This document shows, in pieces, positions 38,926 to 56,601 of a DNA stretch of 64,000 nt. How positions within the stretch are numbered: position 1 is the stretch's first letter; the number at the start of each line of letters is the position of its first letter. The notes beneath the pieces were generated by a model. It was not told where the DNA came from. It did not search any database and worked only from the letters and a program-made list of their open reading frames with translations. The DNA comes from Haliotis rufescens (taxonomy: Eukaryota), in the NCBI RefSeq assembly GCF_023055435.1, contig NW_025964223.1, forward strand, positions 248,001 through 312,000, in the 5' to 3' direction. The translations under genes were made by a program, and so were the position numbers.

Positions 38926-40122
38926 GGGCTTCACTGTATTATATCCTCAACCTTGGGGACACAATCCTAAAATTTAGGCTGTATATTTGAATAAATTAAA
39001 AATCTTAAAACTACGAGGTTGTGGCGGAGACAACCCTACATGGTGTATGCATGTGTACATGCTGTCAGCTCCAGGAACTAGAGAAAGGGTTTCATCTAAA
39101 GACGCAACTCTTGAGGTAACAAAATCCAGGCAAAATTCTCATCCCTATACATGGAAGGAAACATGAGAGTTAAACTTTCAGTATATCAGTCATGTTACTG
39201 CATGTCAACTTTATGACGGAGGAAAACTCCAAATGGTCCAGAATGATGACAACTTTGGTGAAACAACAGACCGGGCATAATAATCAGGTCAAATCTGAGA
39301 TCTGAACCCACATTCAGGGCACAATCCTGTACAGTGAAATTGCAGCACCTAAACCATGGCTACCCTGTCTCCTTTAGAACTCCAAGGTAAAAAGACAGTC
39401 ATACCTTCAGCTGTATACGAGGTATTGCTATTTCATTTTTTACAACCCTGCAAAACCCTAAATGATAAGGCAATCATTGTGGGGCCATCGACCTGAAATC
39501 ATTGTGGGGTCATCGACCTGTAAGTCAATCACAGGTATCATGTTATATTGAAATGTTACTTTTGTGACTCTTCTCTGGAAACACAAGTGTTTCATTCTTA
39601 AAACCTGCCATTTTTTTCAAAGAAACATCGACCACTTATTTTTCATACATGATCATACAATATATGGGCTAATAATAATCACAATATCATCACTGACGAT
39701 ACTACAATACAATTATAAACTTGTGTTAATAATCACACTTATACATCTCTTTGCTTCATCTACAGATAACGTTGTTTAACACATATATTATGAAATAATT
39801 ATTACACGTATATACATATGTTTTAATTATTGATTTAATCAAACCAATACTACCCAGGTACGTATAATACATGACGATGCTTCTCTGTTCACAGACAAAA
39901 ACACAATATTAATATGGTGATAAATTATCAAGTCTCCCAAACCCTTGCACACTGCGCCATCAACAGATATTTACACATACAGCCATTCAGAACACATAGG
40001 AAATGCCTAGAATACTCCACCGACAACATGCACTAGAAGTTGCTGGTAAGACTTTCTTTCAAGAAGACCAAGGTTTTGTGCACATTTCAATGACGATCAA
40101 ATTTTAAGTAGAGAAAAAAAAT

Positions 40123-40347
<225 letters not shown>

Positions 40348-40524
40348 TTACTATGAGCATGATCAGTGGGACAATATTCCCTGGCAACATCAGGAAAGGG
40401 TAATTCCTGTGTTTTAAGGATCCCAATATAATCCAGCTTCCCTCCCCACAGATTATCACAGATGGGAAAAAGCTGAACTTTTAATAGGCATCACTCAGTT
40501 TCAGATATTAACAAAGGTTTAGAT

Positions 40525-41095
40525 TGGGTGGGTTTCCTTGGGTTAACCTGATGGGGTTTCATTTGGGTTAACTTGATGGGGTTTCCTTGGGGTTTCCTTG
40601 GGGTTAACCTGATGGGGTTAACCTGATGGGGTTTCCTTGGGGTTAACCTGATGATGAGTGAGTATGGTTTTACGCCGCTTTTAGCAATATTCCAGCAATA
40701 TCACGGTGGGGGACACCAGAAATGGGCTTCACACACTGTACCCATGTCGGGAATCGAACCCGGGTCTTCGGCGTGACGAGCGAACGCTTTAACCACTAGG
40801 CTACCAGACCGCCCCCTTTTTAACCTGATGAGGTTTCCTTGGGGTTAACTTGATGGGGTTAACCTGATTGGGTTTCCTTGGGGTTAACCTGATGGGGTTT
40901 GATTGGGGTTAACCTGATGGGGTTTCCTTGGGGTTAACCTAATGGGGTTTCATTGGGGTTAACCTGACGGGGTTTCCTTGGGGTTAACCTGATTGGGTTT
41001 TCTTGGGGTTAACCTGATGGGGTTTCCTTGGGGTTAACCTGATTGGGGTTTCCGTGGGGTTAACCTGATGGGGTTTGATTGGGGTTAACCTGATG
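40525..41095. repeat. Minisatellite of about 25 bp (GGGGTTTCCTTGGGGTTAACCTGAT) interrupted by a SINE
   Basis: Direct reading. Confidence 0.92.
40655..40819 (-). mobile_element. Full-length tRNA-derived SINE (family B)
   Basis: A box TAGCCTAGTGG, B box GGTTCGATTCC, (ACTC)n tail; 12-bp TSD TTAACCTGATGA (40643-40654, 40820-40831). Confidence 0.9.
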
Positions 41096-41525
41096 GGAAC
41101 TCGATGGGGCCTCCGATGGAGGTTTTCTCACATTCTCAAGCTGAGGGTTATCAAATGATTGGATAGGAAAGGAGATGAGTTTGTGAGGACACCAGGAAGA
41201 TTATACATGACCATGGTTACAGAGAATCAGCTTGCAAGAATATATCCCGACCAATGTTCCTGTTTCGGGGCTAGACTTATGGACGAGGTGCAAGTAACTT
41301 TATCAAGTCAGTAGTCAAGAACTGTGTATATGTAAATATAGTTATATACATATACTACTCTTTGAACAGATTCAGTTATATCGCTGTGTGTCAGCTTGTT
41401 GAGGGATGCTGGCCTGAAGTGATACAGGTCTCAGATGTTGACCACTTTGGTGAAACTCACGGGTATGGGTAGGGTGCTACCCAAACTAGAAATATAGGGC
41501 GAACCGTGATTTGAATCAACGGTCA

Positions 41526-41891
<366 letters not shown>

Positions 41892-42232
41892 TCATGTGAC
41901 AGAGGGAGTGAGTTAGTTGGGTCTAACACTGCTTCGAACACTATTACCTCTGTATCATATTTTACCTCTACTTGGAACTAAATGAGTTTGGTTTAATGCA
42001 GTTTCAACAGTATTTCAGTAATGTCTGTGTGTCAGCTAGATGTGGGAGGAAAGGTCAAGGTATTGCTGGTCGTGGATGTTTCTCCCTTGGGTAAAACCCA
42101 CAATTACAGAGATGCTGCTGAGCAACCTAACCACACTATCAGGAGAATCGGGGATTTAAAACATCACCACAGACTTCAGGAACATCTAAGGTACACACAA
42201 GAAATTGCAGTTTGTGGCCATTTGGGCACACG

Positions 42233-45103
42233 TCATGATGCAATGTATGGTGTCATGATACAACGTATAGTGTCATGATACAACGTATGGTGTCATGATG
42301 CAACGTATGGTGTCAAGATACAACGTATAGTGTCATGATATAACGTATGGTGTCAAGATGCAACGTATGGTGTCAAGATACAACGTATGGTGTCATGATG
42401 CAACGTATGGTGTCATGATACAACGTATGGTGTCAAGATACAACGTATGGAGTCATGATACAACGTATAGTGTCATGATACAACGTATGGTGTCATGATG
42501 CAACGTATGGTGTCAAGATACAACGTATGGAGTCATGATGCAACGTATGGAGTCATGATACAACGTATGGAGTCATGATACAACGTATGGTGTCATGATA
42601 CAACGTATGGTGTCATGATATAACGTATGGTGTCATGATACAACTTATGGTGTCAAGATACAACGTATAGTGTCATGATATAACGTATGGTGTCATGATG
42701 CAAAGTATGGTGTCAAGATACAACGTATGGTGTCATGATGCAACGTATGGTGTCATGATACAACGTATGGTGTCAAGATACAACGTATGGAGTCATGATA
42801 CAACGTATAGTGTCATGATACAACGTATGGTGTCATGATGCAACGTATGGTGTCAAGATACAACGTATGGAGTCATGATGCAACGTATGGAGTCATGATA
42901 CAACGTATGGAGTCATGATACAACGTATGGTGTCAAGATACAACGTATGGTGTCAAGATACAACGTATGGTGTCAAGATACAACGTATGGAGTCATGATA
43001 CAACGTATGGTGTCAAGATACAACGTATGGTGTCAAGATACAACGTATAGTGTCATGATACAACGTATGGAGTCATGATACAACGTATGGTGTCAAGATA
43101 CAACGTATGGTGTCAAGATACAACGTATGGTGTCAAGATACAACGTATGGAGTCATGATACAACGTATGGAGTCAAGATACAACGTATGGTGTCATGATA
43201 CAACGTATGGTGTCAAGATACAACGTATAGTGTCAAGATACAACGTATAGTGTCAAGATACAACGTATAGTGTCAAGATACAACGTATGGTGTCAAGATA
43301 CAACGTATGGTGTCAAGATACAACGTATAGTGTCATGATACAACGTATGGTGTCAAGATACAACGTATGGTGTCAAGATACAACGTATGGTGTCAAGATA
43401 CAACGTATGGAGTCATGATACAACGTATGGAGTCAAGATACAACGTATGGTGTCATGATACAACGTATGGAGTCATGATACAACGTATGGAGTCATGATA
43501 CAACGTATGGTGTCAAGATACAACGTATGGTGTCAAGATACAACGTATAGTGTCATGATACAACGTATGGTGTCATGATACAACGTATGGTGTCAAGATA
43601 CAACGTATGGTGTCATGATACAACTTATGGTGTCAAGATACAACGTATAGTGTCATGATATAACGTATGGTGTCATGATGCAAAGTATGGTGTCAAGATA
43701 CAACGTATGGTGTCATGATGCAACGTATGGTGTCATGATACAACGTATGGTGTCAAGATACAACGTATGGAGTCATGATACAACGTATAGTGTCATGATA
43801 CAACGTATGGTGTCATGATGCAACGTATGGTGTCAAGATACAACGTATGGAGTCATGATGCAACGTATGGAGTCATGATACAACGTATGGAGTCATGATA
43901 CAACGTATGGTGTCAAGATACAACGTATGGTGTCAAGATACAACGTATGGTGTCAAGATACAACGTATGGAGTCATGATACAACGTATGGTGTCAAGATA
44001 CAACGTATGGTGTCAAGATACAACGTATAGTGTCATGATACAACGTATGGAGTCATGATACAACGTATGGTGTCAAGATACAACGTATGGTGTCAAGATA
44101 CAACGTATGGTGTCAAGATACAACGTATGGAGTCATGATACAACGTATGGAGTCAAGATACAACGTATGGTGTCATGATACAACGTATGGTGTCAAGATA
44201 CAACGTATAGTGTCAAGATACAACGTATAGTGTCAAGATACAACGTATAGTGTCAAGATACAACGTATGGTGTCAAGATACAACGTATGGTGTCAAGATA
44301 CAACGTATAGTGTCATGATACAACGTATGGTGTCAAGATACAACGTATGGTGTCAAGATACAACGTATGGTGTCAAGATACAACGTATGGAGTCATGATA
44401 CAACGTATGGAGTCAAGATACAACGTATGGTGTCATGATACAACGTATGGAGTCATGATACAACGTATGGAGTCATGATACAACGTATGGTGTCAAGATA
44501 CAACGTATGGTGTCAAGATACAACGTATAGTGTCATGATACAACGTATGGTGTCATGATACAACGTATGGTGTCAAGATACAACGTATGGTGTCAAGATA
44601 CAACGTATAGTGTCATGATACAACGTATGGAGTCATGATACAACGTATGGTGTCAAGATACAACGTATGGTGTCAAGATACAACGTATAGTGTCATGATA
44701 CAACGTATGGTGTCATGATACAACGTATGGTGTCAAGATACAACGTATGGAGTCATGATACAACGTATAGTGTCATGATACAACGTATGGAGTCATGATA
44801 TAACGTATGGTGTCATGATACAACGTATGGTGTCAAGATACAACGTATGGTGTCAAGATACAACGTATGGAGTCATGATACAACGTATAGTGTCATGATA
44901 CAACGCATGGAGTCATGATACAATGTATGGAGTCATGATACAACGTATGGAGTCATGATACAACGTATGGTGTCAAGATACAACGTATGGTGTCAAGATA
45001 CAACGTATGGTGTCATGATACAACGTATAGTGTCATGATGCAACGTATGGTGTCATGATACAATGTATGGTGTCATGATACAATGTATGGTGTCATGATA
45101 CAA
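42233..45103. repeat. 20-bp minisatellite (about 143 copies)
   Basis: GTCA(T/A)GATACAACGTATGG(T/A) units; register constant across sequence lines. Confidence 0.98.
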
Positions 45104-45414
45104 CACCACCATGACAGTTGTATGGTTGACAGAACGTGGAGTAAAACAATTCAATCAAAGTTATTCTGATAAAAACTTATCCAATGTAATACATAATAAT
45201 GAGGTATCTACTTTGTCTAGCAAAATGGCATGTTTTTCCCCAACATATTTTGGGATCGCGTAAGAAAGGATCCTTTTCAAGAAAGGTCTTCATACCCAGA
45301 GAAACTCCGCCCCAATCCCATCAAACACTGCTTATCAACCAATCAGACTGCAACCCACCCTCCACTTCATTTTACAACCCTGAATCTGATCAGCCTGCTG
45401 TTGTCAGGACTTAC

Positions 45415-45519
45415 GTGATCGGTCATAAGACTGGTAGCAAGTCTTGCTTATCTCAGCACCAAGATTGAGATATTTCTGTTTGTCATTGGAATCCTCAGCT
45501 CCCAAAGCAAACATTCCAC
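45415..45519 (-). CDS. MAN1A: MAN1A-like exon GGMFALGAEDSNDKQKYLNLGAEISKTCYQSYDRS
   Basis: GGMFALG and TC..SY motifs; 105 nt, phase 1 to 1. Confidence 0.93.
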
Positions 45520-45684
45520 CTGGAAAAAAGCAAATGAAAATCTTTAAATTCCAGTAATTCACCACAAGGATTAATAAGACCAGTCTGCCACTAGTCCGAA
45601 ACCTGAGTTCAGACAAATGTCATTCTATAAAAATTAGCTTATGAGAGCTGTTATGTTTAGCGTAAAGTGTAAAGATGTAGATGT

Positions 45685-47105
<1,421 letters not shown>

Positions 47106-47792
47106 CAGGTCTGGATTGGGCAACACATGTATGATAGCATGTGCTTTAATCCACTCAGCCGAATCCACTCAGGTATGATAAAAGCCTCCAAACAAGCATG
47201 AGATACTCATATCCCCTGCCAATACCGCCATTTTCAGTCAAGGTCGTCGCCATGGAAAGTTGAAAAATAGGGAACAGTTCATGACTCATGGTTTTTGAGT
47301 TCTGCTCCGGAACCGAAACATGATGGACAGACATTCCTATATTCTACTTCGTTGAGGAAGATATAAGGAGTCTAGACCAGATCAGATCCTATTGTGAGAA
47401 CCAATCCTGCACTCCGGACTTTTCTCTTGTTTGTAAACAAACACGCTTTTTCAGAAATCAGAATAGAACAGACTAATGCAAATATAAACCTTCAGGCTGA
47501 AGATCCACTACATCCACACGATTCATGTACCCTTTTATCAATGGTTTCAAACAAAAAGGGCACATTTCCATTACTGAATTGATATTGAAAATTCATTTAC
47601 TATCTCTCTTGCCCAACAAATGTTGTAAGTCTTTGTCACGTCAAGTTCTAATCTGAGACTAATGGAGATCAATGTAGATACAATTACATACATGCTGCAA
47701 TAGGTTGAATAGTGAATAGCATAGACCACACACCCACACCGTTCCATTATCAACCAATCAGAAAACAGCAGTCCATTAGTTGGTGTGACCTA

Positions 47793-48330
<538 letters not shown>

Positions 48331-48821
48331 CGATAATCATAGTCACACATATGAGTTATGCTGGTACCCTGAGTATTTGCCGGAACAATCCAAAGCTTCG
48401 TCTGGTGCCTATTGCCCAATGAAATAAAAACTAGCTGAATGTTCCAGCAGACCTTGTCGCCAAGTCAGCCACGGGAGAATCAGATCTGTTTTATGCCACA
48501 GTCAGCAGTTTTCCAACAATCTCACAGCGGACTGGAAATAATCAAACCGGAACCAAACAAACCAGTGATCGATACATGGGCAAGGTCCAGTGCTGTCAGG
48601 GTCACTGAACTGAACCTGAGCATGGCTTTCTGGGGACCTTTCTACACCAGATTCAGCATGGAGTGATTAATGAGCACTAACAACTACTGTGCGTGATACA
48701 GTGACTGATACAGGCTGTGAGGTTGTGTCTCTTCAGCATTGTTCCAGCACTGTCAGGGTGTCAGACTCCAAGAACCAACACAGGAGAAGCAAACATGTCA
48801 CATTTGTTCATACAACAATCA

Positions 48822-49740
<919 letters not shown>

Positions 49741-51156
49741 TCTTCACCCACGCCAACATGGTTACGTAATAGCCATTCCATAAGTGAGGTTTATGTCCAA
49801 CACGAGATAAACACATGTCCCTAAAAGACCTACACATTACTTACATCAAACTCATAGTTATTCTATCATTGCATTCAATGCATTAATGTCACATTACAAT
49901 AGGCATGAAAGCATCTCCCTCTTTGCTGGCTCTGCTATCAGTGAAGTAAAGGTCATCACATTAATTACAACCACATCAACATGAAGATGTGATATTTAAT
50001 ATATGAGCCGCTCTACATAAATCCCTACTATTGACTATATAAACATACACAATCATAGGAAAAACCATACATGCAGCTCAACTGAAGTGAAGATATTTTG
50101 TAACATCACAGACTCGCTGTGCCAAATGGTCAAAACATACAAAGCCCAAACAGTTCAACAATGTATTTTTCTGAACAAACTGTGAGCGTATTAAATGGGG
50201 GTTGGCAAATACGCAGTTTATCGCATTGAGTGGTGTGGTGAGAATTGACATTTTCACGACCATGACCCGTGTCTGGAGATGAGATAATCTGCACGTTTGT
50301 CAATCATTAAATGTTGTCTTATTTAATGGATGCCTTGAAATAAACAGCCAGCATCTATAAACAGCTGATCAGCTGCTTGTAGACAGGATGTGTGGGCCAT
50401 CGATGGAAAATTACAAAAAAGATGAATAACTTGGCAGAAGATGCTCAGGAACTCGTAAGCTGGTCACATAATGATAATATCAAGTGTCCACAATCAATAC
50501 AAAATAACATGTGCAACATATGTTATTGGTTATTGTGCCCACCATCATGACCATATACCTACTGCATTTGAAACTGCACAATAAAACCCTCAATAAATAA
50601 CGAAATAAGGGAATAAATCACATTTCTACAAGTTCATAATTACAAATAATTGCTATTTTCACCCCCCAAGAACTATCCGGGTCACCATGATAGCCAGTTA
50701 TTCCCCACATTTATACTAAAGCATGCCAGATGGAACTTAATTCCAAACACAGGCCAGCTGGACCACAACATGGTGGAAAGACCTGCTGACAGAATCACCA
50801 CGCAACACAGCCGCATGGATACATATTATCTCAATATCAGTCAGGAGGCTTACATTACAGTCTGTCATGATCACAATGCATGTATAAACTTGTCTACAGC
50901 CTGATCACAGATACATCTATTGGAACAAGATACACCTATTACAAGTATACAGGGAGATTTATAGGATTCCAAATTAAACATGATTAGAAAAATACATTGT
51001 TTTGTTCCAAAATATAATTTAGAGGTATTTTAACATTGCATTCAGATTTCAATGCAAATAAAATAGATCTATTGGTGAGCATAAACACCTCTTCCTTTAT
51101 ATCAGTCACCACTACAAAGCCAAAATGATAATTGTCAGCCTGTGCCAATAAATCCC

Positions 51157-51245
51157 TGGTACATGTCAGACCCCTTGCTGGTACATGTCAGACCCCTTGC
51201 TGGTACATGTCAGACCCCTTGCTGGTACATGTCAGACCCCTTGCT
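51157..51245. repeat. 22-bp repeat, 4 copies
   Basis: CTGGTACATGTCAGACCCCTTG units. Confidence 0.9.
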
Positions 51246-51583
51246 TCAAACAACAGGCTGTCACTGTCTACTGCAAGTGGATGGGTGAGTGAGTGAGTCT
51301 GGTTTAATGCTGCTTTGAACAGTCTTCTTGTTCTATCACAGAGTGTCAGCTGTATGTGGGAGAAGTGATGCAGGTCTCAAGATGTTTACACTCCTGTGAA
51401 GCCATTAACACGGGTATGGTGCTGACAAACCTAAAACATAATACCGGGATACAAACCCACGACCATTACACCTAAGACAACAGTGCCCACTGTGCCACTT
51501 GGTTCCCCCCTTGGTCTGGTGCTAAGGCATCAGTGTCCGGGGCTCCTAACTGTTTAGTTTCCAACACTGAAACTGCAATGTCA

Positions 51584-51757
<174 letters not shown>

Positions 51758-51999
51758 CTAAATTCATCTCACCCCTTCAATATATAATTAAGAATATCAC
51801 ATATTTCATGGTAAAACAATTATTCATACATGTCTTCACCTAGAAATTCTCATACAAATGATAAAACCAGTTAAAACAATAAGTTTTATTTATTTTGACC
51901 CTCTGATTAAACAAAATGATGAGGTAAAATGAGGTTTAACATTGCATTCAATAGTGCTGTACTTCTAAAGCGATGTCCACACATACAATGCTGGTTTAA

Positions 52000-52205
52000 G
52001 AGTGTTATTCCACTGAAATACCATGCCCCAGTTTAACATAGATACCCCACTCAGACTATGTTCTGAGCCAACCGATCCTTGTTTTACCCCTTTAATGCCA
52101 AGCACCAGACAGGGTAACAACAAGTAACATGTTTTAACATCTTTCGGTGTGATGCAGCCGGGATCAAACCACTGACCTTCCGCAACTAGACCTCGGAGGC
52201 GGTTT
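52000..52205 (-). mobile_element. Degenerate tRNA-headed SINE (family D); a second copy spans the gap at about 57860-58135
   Basis: B-box remnants (GGGATCAAACC and GGGATCGAACC on +) and shared CAACAAGTA.CAT...TTTTAAC.TCTT.GGT.TGA body. Confidence 0.55.
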
Positions 52206-52234
52206 AAACAAAAAGTCCTAGTAAGTGCACTAAC

Positions 52235-52329
52235 GTCTTGATGTTGACCATGGACTGTGGGATGCCCGTCGGGGTGTTGAAGGCTGGGAGCAGCTTGTCC
52301 GCAATATCCTTCGCCTTGTTCTTGAACAT
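52235..52329 (-). CDS. MAN1A: MAN1A-like exon MFKNKAKDIADKLLPAFNTPTGIPQSMVNIKT
   Basis: LLPAFNTPTGIP GH47 motif; 95 nt, phase 0 to 2; TTTTCAG| acceptor and |GTTAGT donor. Confidence 0.93.
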
Positions 52330-52408
52330 CTGAAAACATACACATCTCATGACTGCAGGTGTGTACGAAGTACAGCAAACATACAGCATCAAGTGAAGCT
52401 TTTAAATC

Positions 52409-52696
52409 TTTTTATACCCCCGACCTAAAAAGGTCGGGTGTATATAGTTATACCAAGGTTCCGTCCGTCCGTCCGAAAACTTTATCCGCGGGATTTCTCT
52501 TAAACTATTCAGTGGATTCATCTCAAACTTACATATAATCTGTGTCATATGGAGGGGTGCAGTCAAAAGAAAAAAATTGTTTTTATGAATTTTCCATTTT
52601 TTATGAATTTTTCAAACCCTAACTCTATCCATTATTTAATTTGAAACTACTGACATACTAGGCGGGTCGGGGGTATTAGTGAGCCACGCTCACTTT
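52409..52696 (+). mobile_element. Helentron-associated interspersed element (HINE, DINE-1-like)
   Basis: Subterminal IRs ATACCCCCGACC / GGTCGGGGGTAT, 5' inverted GGTCGGG, (GTCC)n microsatellite, 3' hairpin AGTGAGC-CAC-GCTCACT, T-rich flanks. Confidence 0.75.
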
Positions 52697-52772
52697 GACC
52701 CATGTTCAATCTGTATCACACCTTTCTGTACATCATCAAGTCTAGTCAAACCAGTGGTTGATAGAATGAGCA

Positions 52773-53336
52773 ACGATCAATGCCTTGGTTAAAGATCAAT
52801 GCCTCAGAATAATGTTCAATGCCTCGGTTAAAGATCAGTGCGTAAGGGTAACGATCAATGCCACTGAGTAACGATCAATGCCTCAGGGTAACGATCAATG
52901 CCTCAGGGTAACGATCAATGCCACTTGGTAACAATCAATGCCTCAGGGTAACAATCACTGCCACAGGGTAACAATCACTGCCACAGGGTAACAATCAATG
53001 CCACAGGGTAACAATCACTGCCACTGGGTAACAATCACTGCCACTGGGTAACAATCACTGCCACAGGGTAACAATCAATGCCACAGGGTAACAATCAATG
53101 CCACTGGGTAACAATCACTGCCACAGGGTAACAATCACTGCCACAGGGTAACAATCAATGCCACTGGGTAACAATCACTGCCACAGGGTAATTATCACTG
53201 CCACTGGGTAACAATCACTGCCACAGGGTAACAATGCCTCAGGGTAACAATGCCTCAGGGTAACAATCACTGCCACAGGGTAACAATCACTGCCACAGGG
53301 TAACAATCAATGCCACTGGGTAACAATCACTGCCAC
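52773..53336. repeat. 20-bp minisatellite
   Basis: GGGTAACAATCA(C/A)TGCCAC(A/T) units, degenerate toward the left. Confidence 0.93.
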
Positions 53337-56219
53337 ATTGTTCAACCAGTGTTGAGAAAGTTCTCTCTTCCACAGTTCTCTTTCCTGGCATAATCCTAAG
53401 ACTAATCCCATACTAAGAAAGTATGGAAAGTCTCTCTTTCGCCTCTGGTTGACTATCTCCGACAGCGACATGGCCTCAAATGTTTAAATGTCAACAATTT
53501 ATTTATGAAAGATGTTTACTTCTGCCTTGCATAAACTTCATGTGAACGCAATGTAAATATACTTTTGCTTACATGAGTAAATTTTGTCCATGTGAATGGG
53601 GCTATAGTCACCTTTTACAGCAAGCATTAAAGCCATGTAGTAACACAAACAGCACAGATTCATTATACAGACATGCATACAACCACCAACATCAAGAGCC
53701 ATACAGAAGCAGTGTCTGCTCTGGCTTAAATTTTCTTGGGGTCACTTGGACCCCTTCATCAAAAAATTAGGGGTCCCAAACAAAAATGGAGGGGTCCAAT
53801 TTGTAGCATCATAATATAACATTAACAACAGAATACAGTGGTTGTGAAAAATCAGACATCTTTTCGCAGCTGCAAAATATCAACAAACAGGCAAAGTGAG
53901 AGAAAGGTTCACATCAGGACACATCCTGCTCTCATGACCAAGAGGGACCTTAAGGGACAAACAATTTCTTAAAATGGAAATTTGATACTAATGAATATTT
54001 TAACACAAAACTATCCATGTTAATATCTAACTTTGTAAATGAAAAGGCAGTACACGGGTGATCAGCCATTGGTAAGGGGTCATAGGGGCAGACATTTGTT
54101 AATGTTTATATCTAGATCTTCCAATGATTTGAAGTTTATGGATTCAGTCAAGTTCAATGGCTGTTCTGATGCTACTGTACTGAGTAGTGAGTTCATGTCG
54201 TAACTGTGACAATGATCAATGAGTCATAACATAATTGGGATATCAAACAGTTTTTTTAAGTAAGAGTATGTTCAGGATCCAGCATTTCCTTCATAAATCT
54301 AGTCAACAATGAACATGTTTCAGGTGCTATAAATGTTAAAACATGTCATTTACACTAATAACGGTTCTGTCAAAATGTGTTTTGCAATTCTTAATATAAC
54401 CCACAAGAGATTGAATTATAATCAGCTTGATAGGTCTGTTGTAGAATAACTAAATATTCAGAGTCCGCTAAATAAAAACAATGCTTACATTCAAGTGTCC
54501 GCATTTATTCTTTATCATATACAGTATGGCGGTATCGATAAATCTCGAAATCCACACAAACTGTCGACTGTTTACTTATGCAAATCTAAGCACGATATAT
54601 TTCATTGCATGATTGAATACAGGACTCGTTGCGGTATGTCACGGCTACTTGTACACACGTTACCTTCTTTATGATAGTTTCTGGGATTTTTTTGAAGTGG
54701 AATTACCCCTACCTCCATTCGAAATTGATACGAAGAAGAACCCATTTGTTCAAACGAAGTCCCTTGATCAAACCTCGGTCGTATGTAAAATACAAAACAG
54801 GACGTGATGTAAACCATATAACCCACACAGGAACTTTGTTTACCGAACTCGGTAAAGAAAATCAGCATCGATCAATCCAATGAACAACAAAAAATATTTG
54901 AATCACATATTTAATAAGGTTATAAGCGTGCCCCATTTCAATCCATTATGAATTAACTACTGCGATAACATAGCGTACCTTCCTACACGGTCGCTCGATT
55001 TCGCGGGTCACGGTTACCACGTTCTGAAGTATACCCTTCATGTGCCGGGCTATTTTTAGTTTGACACAAGGTCGGGATATTTTCGACCAATCAAGCTAAA
55101 TGAATTACGACTATATCCGACCTGCTTAATATGCGGCACCTGATTGGCTGAAGCAAAGCTAAGGACCATACCAAACATTAATACATGCAAAACCGAAAAT
55201 AGATATAGGTCAAGAAACCGGTTTGGGTATTTGTCATAAACAGGGAGAGAATAATGAAACTGGTTTGGTTTAGCAAACGGAAGTGTTAATCAACATGCTT
55301 CCCTGTCTTGTTTGGCAACAAATACCTTTACGCAAAGACGTATGTCTTTGATTTACGATAACAGTGTCAATTCGATATGAAATTAATAACGCCCCAGTCA
55401 CTGCGTCCACGAGACCCACACATGTTACGCAGGTGCGTTCAAACTCATTTTTGTGCGTCCAAGACGCAAAAACGCGCTCTTCAGCCAACACTGCAGAAGG
55501 ATAGTTTGTCTTTTAATAGGATGTCATTTTCATTAAACATGATAAGGGTATTCCTCTTACTTACTATTGCTATGTGGTATCAATGCCAGAAATTAATACC
55601 TTAAATTTTTTGGGCTCCTTTTTTAAAATCAATGTAAAGAGCGATCATGTTGATGGAGCTACTATCATAACCGGTCCCGCTGGTATGTGCAGCCAGTTCA
55701 TCTGTTGACAGGGGTCATACTTGAGGCATTTGCACCTCCATCACAGAAAACTTCAGTCTTAGCTAAGATTGCGATATTAAATCAAAGCCGTCAAACAATT
55801 GCATTAAGGTTGGTTTATGCAAGTGGAATAGGACTTTGATATGATGATATATAAGTATATAGTTAGCACTTAATACTGATTAACCTGTGCAAGTTGGCCC
55901 ACTCAAACACAACCAATCGTATTTTTGGAGGCTCACTGGTAAATCAAGGCAAATAAACAACTCTAGTCATTATGGCACTTAATTACCACACAAACATAAA
56001 ACCAAAGTCCTACAACAGACCCCATGTAGAGGTCATCTTGCTATTATTCATAATTAACACTGTTGAATAACCTACACACTGTAGTAAAGTCACAAGGCAG
56101 CATGAAGGGAGCCGATCAACGGTTCATATCGGATACAAAAGTGATGACACAATAATACTTGGTCTGCTGTCCCAGCTCACTGCCTGGGTCCACTCACACA
56201 CCCACGGCTCAGTCCTCAC

Positions 56220-56601
56220 TAGGGCTGGCCAAAAAGATTGATAATAGGAATTATCATTGATTGGAAGAAATATTAACGATTATGAATATGAAATTGTTGT
56301 CATCGATAATAACTTACAAAAACTATTGTAGTGAAATAAAGTTTAGATCTACCAAAACAGATTTGTTTTTGTCAATCATGTCAAATGCCAAAAAACGGAA
56401 AACAACCGTTTGTTATCTTAAATGTCCACTAAGTAATCCATGAATAACTGTGCCACACTCACCACTGGTGTCAAATATGTTGTTGTCTTTCCAACTTATT
56501 TTTGCAAATTTGCTCAAAGTTACTTCTCTTATATTAAGCGATAATTAATCGATATTCAGTTAACGATTATTGATCTCTGTATGTATCGACAGCCAGCCCA
56601 A
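56220..56601. mobile_element. hAT-type MITE, same family as 18892-19263, opposite orientation
   Basis: TIRs TAGGGCTGGC / GCCAGCCCAA; 8-bp TSD GTCCTCAC (56212-56219, 56602-56609); internal similarity to the first copy. Confidence 0.85.

Noticed and set aside
40735-40816. tRNA gene candidate
   Set aside because: It is the tRNA-like head of a SINE with body, tail and TSD, and similar copies occur elsewhere in the window
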